32,000 nt of DNA from Polynucleobacter necessarius (lineage in GTDB: Bacteria; Pseudomonadota; Gammaproteobacteria; Burkholderiales; Burkholderiaceae), in contig NZ_LT606950.1 in the NCBI RefSeq assembly GCF_900095195.1, positions 1,383,878-1,415,877 of the forward strand. The letters run 5' to 3'. Positions within the stretch are counted from its first letter, which is position 1, and each line of letters starts with the position of its first letter. This document shows positions 8,891 to 17,484 of the stretch, piece by piece. A model generated the notes under the pieces. It ran no database searches, was not told the DNA's origin, and saw only the letters and a program-made list of their open reading frames with translations. Position numbers and translations under genes: made by a program.

Positions 8891-9913
8891 TTAAGTTTCG
8901 ATTTTTGGATCGCGACCCATCAGTCTTTTTACAGCCTCGTGAGAAGAAAGTTTGCCAGCGAGAACATCTCCCATCATATTGGTGATTGGCATCTCAACAT
9001 TCAAACGCCTTGCAAGATCACCTACTGCGGAGGCACATAAGACACCCTCCGCCACATGACCCAAACCAGCTAGGATTTCATTTAATGATTTACCCGACGC
9101 CAACTCCAGACCTACTCGACGATTGCGAGAGAGATTTCCGGTAGCAGTCAAAATCAAATCGCCCACTCCCGTCAAACCCGTGCAGGTCTCCGATTTTCCT
9201 CCAGCGGCTTTTACCAAGCGCATCATTTCAGCTAAGCCACGGGTCAATACTGCAGCGCGTGCATTTAAACCAAGATCTAAGCCATCGCCAATACCAGCAG
9301 CAATCGCCAAAACATTTTTTACCGCTCCACCCAACTCAACACCAACTAGGTCATTCGAAGAATACACTCGCATATTTCCATAATGAAAAACACTTTGCAC
9401 AATTTTGCAGAGTGACTCCGATGAGCTAGCGACTGTTAGTGCGCACGGCATTCCAGCACCCACTTCATGAGCAAAACTAGGGCCAGAAAGAGCGCCGTAA
9501 GCGTGTTTCAACCCATGGTTATGAAGCTGATCCTGACGTGCCCCCACCTGATGTGGCAAAAGGGCAGTAATGGGCTCTAAACCTTTGCATAGCCAGATAA
9601 TGTTCAGTGATTGATTTGCAACCTTTAAAACGCGCTCAATGGTTTCTGATAGCCCCGACATTGGAGTTGCAATTACTAAAAGATCTTCTGGACCAAGGCG
9701 TTTAATGGCGGCAGCAAAATCACTCTCTAAGAGAAGATTTTTTGGCAGAGCAATTCCAGGAAGGTAGACTTGATTCTCGCCGGATTTTGCAATTGAATGC
9801 AGTTGCTCTGCGCTACGAGACCATAAACATACATCTTCAGCTCTTAGCTGACGAGCGGCTTGTAAGGCCATTGCGGTTCCCCAAGCGCCCGCACCGAGCA
9901 ATGTCACTTTCAT
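8891..9913 (-). CDS. gpsA: NAD(P)H-dependent glycerol-3-phosphate dehydrogenase
   Basis: 340-aa ORF with the N-terminal Rossmann motif LGAGAWGTA and the GpsA core LGGAVKNVLAIAAGI. Confidence 0.93.
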   Translation of the reverse strand: MKVTLLGAGAWGTAMALQAARQLRAEDVCLWSRSAEQLHSIAKSGENQVYLPGIALPKNLLLESDFAAAIKRLGPEDLLVIATPMSGLSETIERVLKVANQSLNIIWLCKGLEPITALLPHQVGARQDQLHNHGLKHAYGALSGPSFAHEVGAGMPCALTVASSSESLCKIVQSVFHYGNMRVYSSNDLVGVELGGAVKNVLAIAAGIGDGLDLGLNARAAVLTRGLAEMMRLVKAAGGKSETCTGLTGVGDLILTATGNLSRNRRVGLELASGKSLNEILAGLGHVAEGVLCASAVGDLARRLNVEMPITNMMGDVLAGKLSSHEAVKRLMGRDPKIET

Positions 9914-9936
9914 AATTTATGACCTAGATTCAATCC

Positions 9937-10458
9937 TTAATTGGGAAGGATGATTTTGCTTTTTGCAGCGCTATCGCCAGCGCTCTCGTTTGCTGTCTGC
10001 TGCGCTTGCATCAAGCGATGCTCATACATTCCATGGAAATTAATTTCATTTAAATGGATTGGCTGGAAACCAGCACGGCTGATCACATCAGCAATATTTG
10101 ATCGTAAGTATGGATACAAAATAGTTGGGCAAGTAATGCCCAACATCGGATCGACTTGCTCAGCAGGAATATTTTGGAATTCAAAAATACCAGCCTGATT
10201 AGTCTCTACTAAAAATAGCGCTTTGCCCTCAACACGAGCAGTCACTGTTGAGCTCAATACCACCTCAAAAAGCTCGTCGCTAACGCGCTTAACAACAATA
10301 TCAACTTCAACTTGCACTTGGGGTTCTGCGACCACCAAGAATATTTCTGGCGAATTTGGTTGCTCTAAAGATAAGTCCTTTAAATAAATGCGCTGAATAC
10401 GAAATGAAGGATCTTTTGATTCAGTATTCGCGTTAGACACGGAAGATTGTTCTGTCAT
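9937..10458 (-). CDS. secB: Protein-export chaperone SecB
   Basis: 173-aa [22 protein letters not shown] and [14 protein letters not shown] are characteristic of SecB. It sits in the conserved rhodanese-grxC-secB-gpsA context. Confidence 0.9.
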   Translation of the reverse strand: MTEQSSVSNANTESKDPSFRIQRIYLKDLSLEQPNSPEIFLVVAEPQVQVEVDIVVKRVSDELFEVVLSSTVTARVEGKALFLVETNQAGIFEFQNIPAEQVDPMLGITCPTILYPYLRSNIADVISRAGFQPIHLNEINFHGMYEHRLMQAQQTANESAGDSAAKSKIILPN

Positions 10459-10485
10459 TGCAAACTTTCTTTCAGTTTATTTCTA

Positions 10486-10738
10486 TCAAGCCAACAAAGG
10501 ATCAAGATTTCCAGCACGATCTAAAGCAACTAAATCATCATAACCGCCAACATGTGTTTCACCAATGTAAATTTGTGGAACGGTACGACGACCAGTGCGC
10601 GTCATCATGATTTCATGTCGTGATGGATCACGATCAATCAAGATTTTTTTAAATTACTAACACCCTTCTTTAGCAATAGCTTTTCGGCCATAACGCAGTA
10701 TGGACAAACCTGTGTATGTACATAATTACTTGCGGCAT
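10486..10738 (-). pseudogene. grxC: Glutaredoxin 3 (GrxC) disrupted by two single-nucleotide deletions
   Basis: Hand translation finds three frames in series. MPQVIMY runs from ATG 10738. TQVCPYCVMAEKLLLKKGVSNLKK follows after a frame break at about 10716-10717. ILIDRDPSRHEIMMTRTGRRTVPQIYIGETHVGGYDDLVALDRAGNLDPLLA* follows after a break in the 7-nt run at 10644-10650. Joined with +1 nt at each break, it is a full-length colinear GrxC with a CPYC active site. The ORF track shows no 60-aa ORF here. Confidence 0.8.
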
Positions 10739-10742
10739 ATCG

Positions 10743-11156
10743 TTACTTTACTAGTGGTAATGCTGATGTTTTCCAGGCTTGCACACCACCTTCAAGAACG
10801 CCGACCTCAACAAACCCTAGTTTTTGGACTTGCGCGAGCGCCTTACGAGAGTGCGCGCCTGTATCGCATACCAAAACTAATGGGCGCTTACGATCTAATT
10901 TCAAAGCCTCAATGGCGGCTTCGATTTTGGCAACATCGGCCAGTTTTGCCCCTGGCAAATGGCCTATTTTGAATGCCTCTTCTGAACGCAAATCCAGCAC
11001 ATGCGCCTTGCGGCGGTTTATCCAAATAGTGGCCTCTGTTGGAGACAGGCCTTTTCCGCTAATTAACGAGGATAATGTGGGCAGGAAGAGCGCTGCGCCT
11101 GAAACAAGTAATAAGGCAATAAGCGCTAAATTATCAGTTTGCGTGAGAAAGTTCAT
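10743..11156 (-). CDS. Membrane-anchored rhodanese-domain sulfurtransferase
   Basis: N-terminal TM helix, then a rhodanese domain with the active-site loop VLVCDTGAHS. The track start is GTG 11159, and ATG 11156 is the next codon. Confidence 0.85.
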   Translation of the reverse strand: MNFLTQTDNLALIALLLVSGAALFLPTLSSLISGKGLSPTEATIWINRRKAHVLDLRSEEAFKIGHLPGAKLADVAKIEAAIEALKLDRKRPLVLVCDTGAHSRKALAQVQKLGFVEVGVLEGGVQAWKTSALPLVK

Positions 11157-11178
11157 CACCAGATTATAGAATGGCTCT

Positions 11179-11868
11179 ATGAAACAACTTGTCCTTATTC
11201 GTCATGGCGAATCCGCCTGGAACCTTGAAAACCGCTTCACTGGCTGGACGGACGTTGACTTAACCCCAAAGGGCACCGAACAGGCCCTAGCTGCAGGTGC
11301 AAACCTGAAAAATGCAGGGTATGAATTTGATATTGCATACACCTCTGTTTTAAGGCGCGCCATACGTACGCTGTGGCATGTTCAAGACACTATGGATCTG
11401 ATGTGGATTCCAGTGGTACACAGTTGGCGTCTTAATGAACGACACTACGGGGCACTGACCGGTCTCAATAAGGCAGAAACTGCTGCGAAATACGGGGATG
11501 AACAGGTGCACATTTGGCGTCGCTCATACGATGTACGCCCACCCTTGCTAGAAAAGGACGATGAACGGAACCCTAAGAATGACAGTCGTTACTCTAAATT
11601 AAATCCATCCGACATTCCGCTTGGAGAATGCCTTAAGGACAATGTCGAGCGTATTCTGCCACTTTGGAATGAATCGATTGCACCAGCACTAAAAGCCAAC
11701 AAACGCATTTTGTTAGTAGCTCATGGCAATAGTATTCGCTCTTTGGTTAAGTATTTAGACCAAATGTCCGATGAAGCTATCATGGAAGTCAATGTTCCTA
11801 ATGGCGTTCCGTTGGTTTATGAGTTAGACGATAACCTCAAACCAATACAACATTTCTATTTAGACTAA
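11179..11868 (+). CDS. gpmA: 2,3-bisphosphoglycerate-dependent phosphoglycerate mutase
   Basis: [18 protein letters not shown] catalytic His motif, [10 protein letters not shown], and AHGNSIR. This is the short (about 229 aa) form. Confidence 0.93.
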   Translation: MKQLVLIRHGESAWNLENRFTGWTDVDLTPKGTEQALAAGANLKNAGYEFDIAYTSVLRRAIRTLWHVQDTMDLMWIPVVHSWRLNERHYGALTGLNKAETAAKYGDEQVHIWRRSYDVRPPLLEKDDERNPKNDSRYSKLNPSDIPLGECLKDNVERILPLWNESIAPALKANKRILLVAHGNSIRSLVKYLDQMSDEAIMEVNVPNGVPLVYELDDNLKPIQHFYLD

Positions 11869-11874
11869 ATCTAT

Positions 11875-13308
11875 ATGCGCCAATTTCTGAAGAACTTTGC
11901 TCTTATTTCCGTAGGCTTAATTGCTGGGGTAGCCGCCACGATTCAGCTCTCGGCTACTGCCCAACAAGGCTCGCAATTACCCTTGGATGAGCTACGCACT
12001 CTTTCCAATGTATTTGCTCAAATCAAGCGTGAGTATGTAGAGCCGATTGAGGATAAGCAACTCTTAACCGATGCAGTCAAGGGAATGGTCAGCAGTCTTG
12101 ACCCACACTCCACCTTTTTGGACAAAAAAGATTTTGCTGAAATGCAAGAACAGACCTCTGGAAAATTTCCAGGCCTGGGTATTGAAATCACTTCTGAAGA
12201 TGGCGTAGTAAAGGTATTAAACCCTATTGAGGACAGTCCTGCTGCACGTGCTGGTCTCCAGGCTGGTGATTTAATTACGCGTCTTGATGATAAACCGGTG
12301 CGGGGCATGTCCCTAGATAAAGCAGTGCGCACGATGCGCGGAACCCCCGGTACAAAAATTACTTTGACGGTCTATCGCAAAAGCGAAGAACGTAGTTTTC
12401 CAGCAACCATTACCCGAGCAGAGATCAAAGTCCAATCTGTTAAAGCGAAGATCTTGGATAACGATATTGCTTGGGTTCGCATCACAAGTTTTCAAGAGCG
12501 CACGATTCCAGATTTAGCAAAGAAATTAATCGACCTCGCCAATCAAGATCCCAAAATGAAGGGGATTATTTTGGATCTGCGTAATAACGGTGGCGGCTTA
12601 CTTCAAGGCGCGGTTGGGGTAGCGGCCGCATTCCTGCCGGCTGATGCAGTGATTGTTTCAACCAATGGGCAAGCGCCTGACTCCAAGCAAGTATTTAATG
12701 CAACCCCTGCCATGTATCGCCTGAGTGAACCCGGAGATCCCCTGGCGGGCGTTCCCGAGATGTACAAAAAATTACCAATGGTGGTTTTAGTGAATGCTTA
12801 CTCTGCCTCAGCATCTGAAATTGTTGCGGGGGCCTTACAAGATTACAAGCGCGCAACCATTATCGGTAAAACGACTTTTGGCAAGGGCTCCGCTCAAACC
12901 GTTCGCCCATTAACAAATGACTCCGCCTTGAAAATTACAACTGCTTACTACTACACTCCTAGCGGCAAATCGATTCAGGCATATGGCATTATGCCAGATA
13001 TTCCGGTAGACCAAAATAAAGATGGTGATCCGGCTGATGTTTTGATTACCCGCGAGATTGATAGCGAAAAGCATCTACGTAATAAACAGTCTGCCGAAGA
13101 TAAATTAATTAAAGAACGCGAACAACGTAGACTTGAAGAGTTACAACGCATTGAAGAGAAGAACGCGAAGAAAACTCCCGAGGAAAAAGAGAAAGAAAAG
13201 AATAAAAAGCCGCCTGAACTTGGTAGCGCTGACGACTTTATGCTTGCCCAAGCGGTTGCCTTTATTAATGGTCAACCCGTGAAGCGCTCTTCATCCAAGC
13301 TTGAGTAG
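11875..13308 (+). CDS. S41 family carboxy-terminal processing peptidase
   Basis: Signal/anchor sequence, a PDZ region (GLGIEITSEDGVVKVLNPIEDSPAARAGLQAGDLI), and S41 catalytic motifs (NAYSASASEIVAGALQD, GKTTFGKGSAQ). The C-terminal tail is rich in Lys and Glu. Confidence 0.9.
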   Translation: MRQFLKNFALISVGLIAGVAATIQLSATAQQGSQLPLDELRTLSNVFAQIKREYVEPIEDKQLLTDAVKGMVSSLDPHSTFLDKKDFAEMQEQTSGKFPGLGIEITSEDGVVKVLNPIEDSPAARAGLQAGDLITRLDDKPVRGMSLDKAVRTMRGTPGTKITLTVYRKSEERSFPATITRAEIKVQSVKAKILDNDIAWVRITSFQERTIPDLAKKLIDLANQDPKMKGIILDLRNNGGGLLQGAVGVAAAFLPADAVIVSTNGQAPDSKQVFNATPAMYRLSEPGDPLAGVPEMYKKLPMVVLVNAYSASASEIVAGALQDYKRATIIGKTTFGKGSAQTVRPLTNDSALKITTAYYYTPSGKSIQAYGIMPDIPVDQNKDGDPADVLITREIDSEKHLRNKQSAEDKLIKEREQRRLEELQRIEEKNAKKTPEEKEKEKNKKPPELGSADDFMLAQAVAFINGQPVKRSSSKLE

Positions 13309-13322
13309 TCTTCAACCGTAAA

Positions 13323-14075
13323 ATGAATGGTGCCCAGTTACTTCGTTATTCCAGTCATTTATTGCTTGAGGATATCGATGTTGCTGGGCAAAAAAGATTA
13401 TTAAATGCACACGCCCTAGTGGTTGGGGCTGGAGGACTAGGAAGCGCTGTCGCCCCCTACCTGGCTGCTGCCGGAGTTGGGCATATCACTTTGCTAGATC
13501 ACGATGATGTTGAATTAACCAATTTGCAACGCCAAATCATGCATACCGAGCTCACTATTGGTAAAAGCAAAGTCGCCTCCGGAAAACAATTTTTGCAACA
13601 ACTAAATCCTGGAATTCAGGTTGAAGCTATTCAAGCAAAAGCTGACGAATTCTTGTTGGATGAGATACGCCATAGAGTCGATATTGTTTTAGATTGCACT
13701 GATAATTTTCAGACACGCCAACCCATCAATGCTAGTTGTGTGAACCATCAAAAACCATTGGTCTCAGGCTCTGCCCTTCGCTTTGACGGACAAGTATCCG
13801 TATTTGATCCTCGCAATCGCAACTCCCCTTGCTATGCCTGCATCTTTTCACCGGATGAAACTTTTGAAGAAGTCAGCTGTGCAAGCATGGGAATCTTTTC
13901 TCCTCTCGTTGGAATTATTGGCACTATTCAAGCAGGCCAAGCATTACAGGTATTAATTGGGTTTGGAGAGCCACTCATTGGGAGAATGTTGCTTTGGAAT
14001 GCTCGTACTACACAGATTGATCAAATTCAGATTGCGCGCAACTCTGACTGCCCCATCTGCGGGACAGAGCACTAA
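13323..14075 (+). CDS. moeB: ThiF/MoeB family adenylyltransferase (molybdopterin-synthase adenylyltransferase-like)
   Basis: RYSSHLLL start, nucleotide loop VGAGGLGS, and paired Cys motifs CYAC and CPIC typical of MoeB/ThiF. Sequence alone does not settle MoeB versus ThiF. Confidence 0.75.
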   Translation: MNGAQLLRYSSHLLLEDIDVAGQKRLLNAHALVVGAGGLGSAVAPYLAAAGVGHITLLDHDDVELTNLQRQIMHTELTIGKSKVASGKQFLQQLNPGIQVEAIQAKADEFLLDEIRHRVDIVLDCTDNFQTRQPINASCVNHQKPLVSGSALRFDGQVSVFDPRNRNSPCYACIFSPDETFEEVSCASMGIFSPLVGIIGTIQAGQALQVLIGFGEPLIGRMLLWNARTTQIDQIQIARNSDCPICGTEH

Positions 14076-14082
14076 GAGAGTA

Positions 14083-15831
14083 TTACGCCAGCAGGCGCTC
14101 TAAGGCTTTAGCTTGAGCCTCTGGCTCATAAGCCTTCAACACTCTGGGGAAGCGCGCTTTTAAAATACCGACGTTAGCCTGTAGGATCTCCCGCTTGACC
14201 AACAACAGTTGACTAAAGTGCATCGAAAAGTCTGTGAGACCCATAGCTAATAATAATTTTGTTAATGCAGGATCACCTGCCATCTCACCACAAACCGCAA
14301 CGGGAACGTTGGCACGTTTTGCTTGATCAATAATGCTGGCAAGTAAATTCAAAATCGCAGGATGAAACGGATCATACAAGTGGGCAACGGCATGATCTGC
14401 ACGATCGATTGCAAGTGCGTACTGAATTAAATCATTTGTGCCAATGGATAGGAAATCAAACCGGTTGATGAATAAAGGCAGAACGAGTGCAGCAGCTGGA
14501 ATTTCGATCATTGCACCCACCTGAATATTCTGGTTAAATGATTGACCGCGATGGGATAACTGCTGCTTTGCTTTTTCAATCAAACGAAATGTTTCATCAA
14601 TTTCCTTGGCATGAGCCAGCATCGGAATCATGATGCGTGCTTGACCATGAGCAGAGGCGCGCAAAATAGCGCGCAATTGCGTCAGAAATATTTCAGGCTC
14701 TGTGAGAGACCAGCGAATCGCCCGCAAACCCAATGGAGACGTGCCAGTTTGCGATACATCGCCACCAGCACCTAAGGCTTTATCAGCGCCAACGTCAATC
14801 GTGCGAATGTTGACAGGCAGTCCATGCATTAAATCAACTACGCGACGGTATTCTTGATATTGTTGCTCTTCATCCGCAAGAGCTTGTTTACGATTCATAA
14901 ACAAAAATTCGGAGCGGAATAACCCCACCCCAACAGCCCCGAGCTTTACTGCCTGTATCGCATCTTCAGGCAATTCGATATTGGCAAAAAGTTCAATATC
15001 GACTCGATCCAACGTTTCTGTTTTGGCATGCTTTAACTGTTGTAACTTACGAGCCTTTTTAGCGACTTGTGTTTGTAGCTTGCGATACTCTGCCAAAAGT
15101 TGCTCATCCGGCGCAACCACCACAATGCCACGTTCGCCATCGAGAATAAGCCAATCTCCATGGCGAATCATTTCACTAGCATGACGCACGCCTACAACAG
15201 CAGGTATTTCCATGCTTCGCGCAACAATGGCCGTGTGCGAAGCTTTACCGCCAAGATCCGTAACAAATCCAGTGAAGGCATGTTCTTTAAAACCCAACAT
15301 GTCATGTGGCGCAATATCGTGCGCCACAATAATCGATTTCACCCCAATATCACTTGGGGGTAGAAAATCTGAACCGCCTATTTCTTCTCTTCGAAGGTTA
15401 AGGGCCTTAATGACACGCTCTGCAACTTGCCGAATATCGTTCGCACGTTCTTTTAAGTAGGGATCCTCAATCTCAGCAAACTGCTCTAAAAGATCATTAA
15501 GTTCTGTAGTTAAAGCCCAGGCAGCATTCAGCCTCTGTGTGCGAATGAGCTTAATTGGCTTTTCAGCCAGAGCTGGGTCAGCCAATATCATTCCGTGAAC
15601 ATCCAAAAACGCACTCATTTCTTGTGGGGCATCTTTGGGCAAACCCATACGCAATTGATCCAGTTCAAGGCGAACGTGATTAAACGCCTCTAATAGTTTT
15701 TGTGCTTCCGCCTCTTCTTTTCCGGGCTCAACAAGATGGTGACTTACTTCGAGAGCTGCGCGCGAAATCAGTACAGCCTTGCCGATAGCAATGCCTTTTG
15801 ATACTGGAATTCCATGCAGCGCAAACGTCAT
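14083..15831 (-). CDS. ptsI: Phosphoenolpyruvate-protein phosphotransferase (PTS enzyme I)
   Basis: 582-aa ORF with the phosphohistidine region GGKASHTAIVARSMEIPAVVG and PEP-utilising C-terminal motifs (FRSEFLF, SIGTNDLIQY). Confidence 0.93.
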   Translation of the reverse strand: MTFALHGIPVSKGIAIGKAVLISRAALEVSHHLVEPGKEEAEAQKLLEAFNHVRLELDQLRMGLPKDAPQEMSAFLDVHGMILADPALAEKPIKLIRTQRLNAAWALTTELNDLLEQFAEIEDPYLKERANDIRQVAERVIKALNLRREEIGGSDFLPPSDIGVKSIIVAHDIAPHDMLGFKEHAFTGFVTDLGGKASHTAIVARSMEIPAVVGVRHASEMIRHGDWLILDGERGIVVVAPDEQLLAEYRKLQTQVAKKARKLQQLKHAKTETLDRVDIELFANIELPEDAIQAVKLGAVGVGLFRSEFLFMNRKQALADEEQQYQEYRRVVDLMHGLPVNIRTIDVGADKALGAGGDVSQTGTSPLGLRAIRWSLTEPEIFLTQLRAILRASAHGQARIMIPMLAHAKEIDETFRLIEKAKQQLSHRGQSFNQNIQVGAMIEIPAAALVLPLFINRFDFLSIGTNDLIQYALAIDRADHAVAHLYDPFHPAILNLLASIIDQAKRANVPVAVCGEMAGDPALTKLLLAMGLTDFSMHFSQLLLVKREILQANVGILKARFPRVLKAYEPEAQAKALERLLA

Positions 15832-15833
15832 AC

Positions 15834-16103
15834 TTACTCGCCCTCTCCGAAGCGATCATTAATTAATGCGGTAAGTACCTCCATGGCCTCATCCGCCTTA
15901 TCACCAACTGTCTCCAACGTGACAGTGCTACCGATACCTGCAGCTAACATCATGACTCCCATGATGCTTTTGGCATTAATTTGACGTCCATTACGTGACA
16001 GAAATATTTCACAGGGAAATTGGGCCGCCAATTGTGACAACTTGGCTGACGCTCTAGCATGCAGCCCTAACTTGTTGATAATTTCGATCTCAGCTACTGG
16101 CAT
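15834..16103 (-). CDS. ptsH: Phosphocarrier protein HPr
   Basis: 89-aa ORF with the His-15 motif GLHARAS and the Ser-46 region NAKSIMGVM. Confidence 0.9.
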   Translation of the reverse strand: MPVAEIEIINKLGLHARASAKLSQLAAQFPCEIFLSRNGRQINAKSIMGVMMLAAGIGSTVTLETVGDKADEAMEVLTALINDRFGEGE

Positions 16104-16118
16104 TACAGTGCACTCCCA

Positions 16119-16541
16119 TTACTCTTGATCTACTTTTGCGCCTAGACGCAAAATGCCGTTCTGCCCACCGGCAAGTGCTTTTTGGGCTAACTCTTCCATA
16201 CCCTCTCCGCGGTGTGAAATACAGCGCATTAACATGGGCAGATTTAACCCCACCAAAACAATGACAGGGGCATTTAATCCAGACAATGGGCCTAAGCTTT
16301 CTAGCTTGGATGCCACATTTGCTGGGGTCGCACCCATAACATCGGTCAACATCAGGACTCCGTTGCCAGTATTGACACCATAGGCTGCCTTAAGGACTCG
16401 ATCAAAGCTGGCTTTGACATCCTCATGCGGAGGAATATCAACCGCTCTGACACGTTCAGGTAAAACACCAAAGGTGTGCTCTGCAAAACTGAGCATTGCA
16501 CTAGCTATCGGAGTGTGTGCAACGATTACGATTCCAGCCAT
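16119..16541 (-). CDS. PTS EIIA component, mannose/fructose family
   Basis: From ATG 16541, MAGIVIVAHTPIASAM shows the EIIA-Man N-terminal His motif. The track start at 16562 is an upstream TTG that lies inside the ancestral gshB tail. Confidence 0.85.
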   Translation of the reverse strand: MAGIVIVAHTPIASAMLSFAEHTFGVLPERVRAVDIPPHEDVKASFDRVLKAAYGVNTGNGVLMLTDVMGATPANVASKLESLGPLSGLNAPVIVLVGLNLPMLMRCISHRGEGMEELAQKALAGGQNGILRLGAKVDQE

Positions 16542-16572
16542 GTTATGCCAAGGTCCTCTCAAACGCTTTTAA

Positions 16573-17484
16573 TCAAAATTGCGAAACATTAAATTGACTT
16601 TGCTCGCTTATTTCAACAAAACAGGTTGGGCTAGTAACATTTATCTCAGTCAAATACCCACTAATTAAATCTAGCCCCACCAAAAATAATCCACGCTCAT
16701 TCAAAATAGGCGCAAGTTTTTCTGCTATGCGCTTTTCATCTGCAGTTAAGGGCATTGCAACTCCTTTGCCTCCCGCAGCTAAGTCTCCACGAATTTCTTT
16801 TCCTTGTGGAATTCTTGCTAACGCAAAGGGCACAACTTGCCCTCTGATCAACAATACACGTTTATCGCCTTGAGCAATCTCGGGCAAAAAGCGTTGCACC
16901 ATTAATGTTCTAGCGCCATTCTCGCCAAGCGTCTCAACAATGCTAGCAAGATTTAAACCATCTGGGCCAACTCGAAACACGCCCATGCCACCCATGGCAT
17001 CGAGTGGCTTAATAACAATATCGCTATGTACTTTATGAAACTCTTCCACTGCGCTCAGTTCACGGGTAACCAAGGTAGGCGGAATAAGTTCCGGAAACTC
17101 TGTGATGGAAAGTTTTTCCGAATGATCACGCACTGCAGTTGGATCATTAAATACTCTAGCGCCCTGGCGCTTAGCAGCCGACAATAGCCACGTAGTATTG
17201 AGATATTCAATATCAAACGGAGGGTCTGTTCTCATTTGTACCGCCGAGAAGACATTTAGTGCACGAGATTGTTGTTCACCCAATTCAAACCAAACAGATA
17301 AACTAGACTTAATTGATAAAGGCTGGCAGTCGGCAACCACCAAATCACCCTTCCACAAAATATGACGACTTTCGCAAAACCAAAGATGATGTTCCGCCTC
17401 CTGGGCAACCCGCATCATCGCTAGCGTGGAATCTTTGTGAACTTTAAAAGACTCTAGGGGGTCGGCAATAAATAAAAGGTTCAT
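16573..17484 (-). CDS. gshB: Glutathione synthetase, apparently shortened by a premature TGA
   Basis: ATP-grasp GshB sequence (DPPFDIEYL, IVIKPLDAMGGMGVF, LTEINVTSPTCF). The ORF ends FNVSQF-TGA. The same frame then continues LKAFERTLA-TAA and stops 1 nt before the EIIA ATG. Confidence 0.88.
   Translation of the reverse strand: MNLLFIADPLESFKVHKDSTLAMMRVAQEAEHHLWFCESRHILWKGDLVVADCQPLSIKSSLSVWFELGEQQSRALNVFSAVQMRTDPPFDIEYLNTTWLLSAAKRQGARVFNDPTAVRDHSEKLSITEFPELIPPTLVTRELSAVEEFHKVHSDIVIKPLDAMGGMGVFRVGPDGLNLASIVETLGENGARTLMVQRFLPEIAQGDKRVLLIRGQVVPFALARIPQGKEIRGDLAAGGKGVAMPLTADEKRIAEKLAPILNERGLFLVGLDLISGYLTEINVTSPTCFVEISEQSQFNVSQF

Noticed and set aside
10700-10972. 90-aa plus-strand ORF (MDKPVYVHNYLRH...) spanning the grxC remnant and the rhodanese 3' end
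   Set aside because: It is antisense to a clearly homologous rhodanese gene and to the GrxC remnant. It has no recognisable motif and appears in the track only because grxC is broken. I treat it as a shadow ORF.
11179-11868. GpmA ends at ...HFYLD, about 20 residues shorter than the 250-aa E. coli/Burkholderia form
   Set aside because: Naturally short dPGM forms of about 227-230 aa that end at this position exist in other betaproteobacteria. The next gene starts 6 nt later, and no coding-like tail follows.
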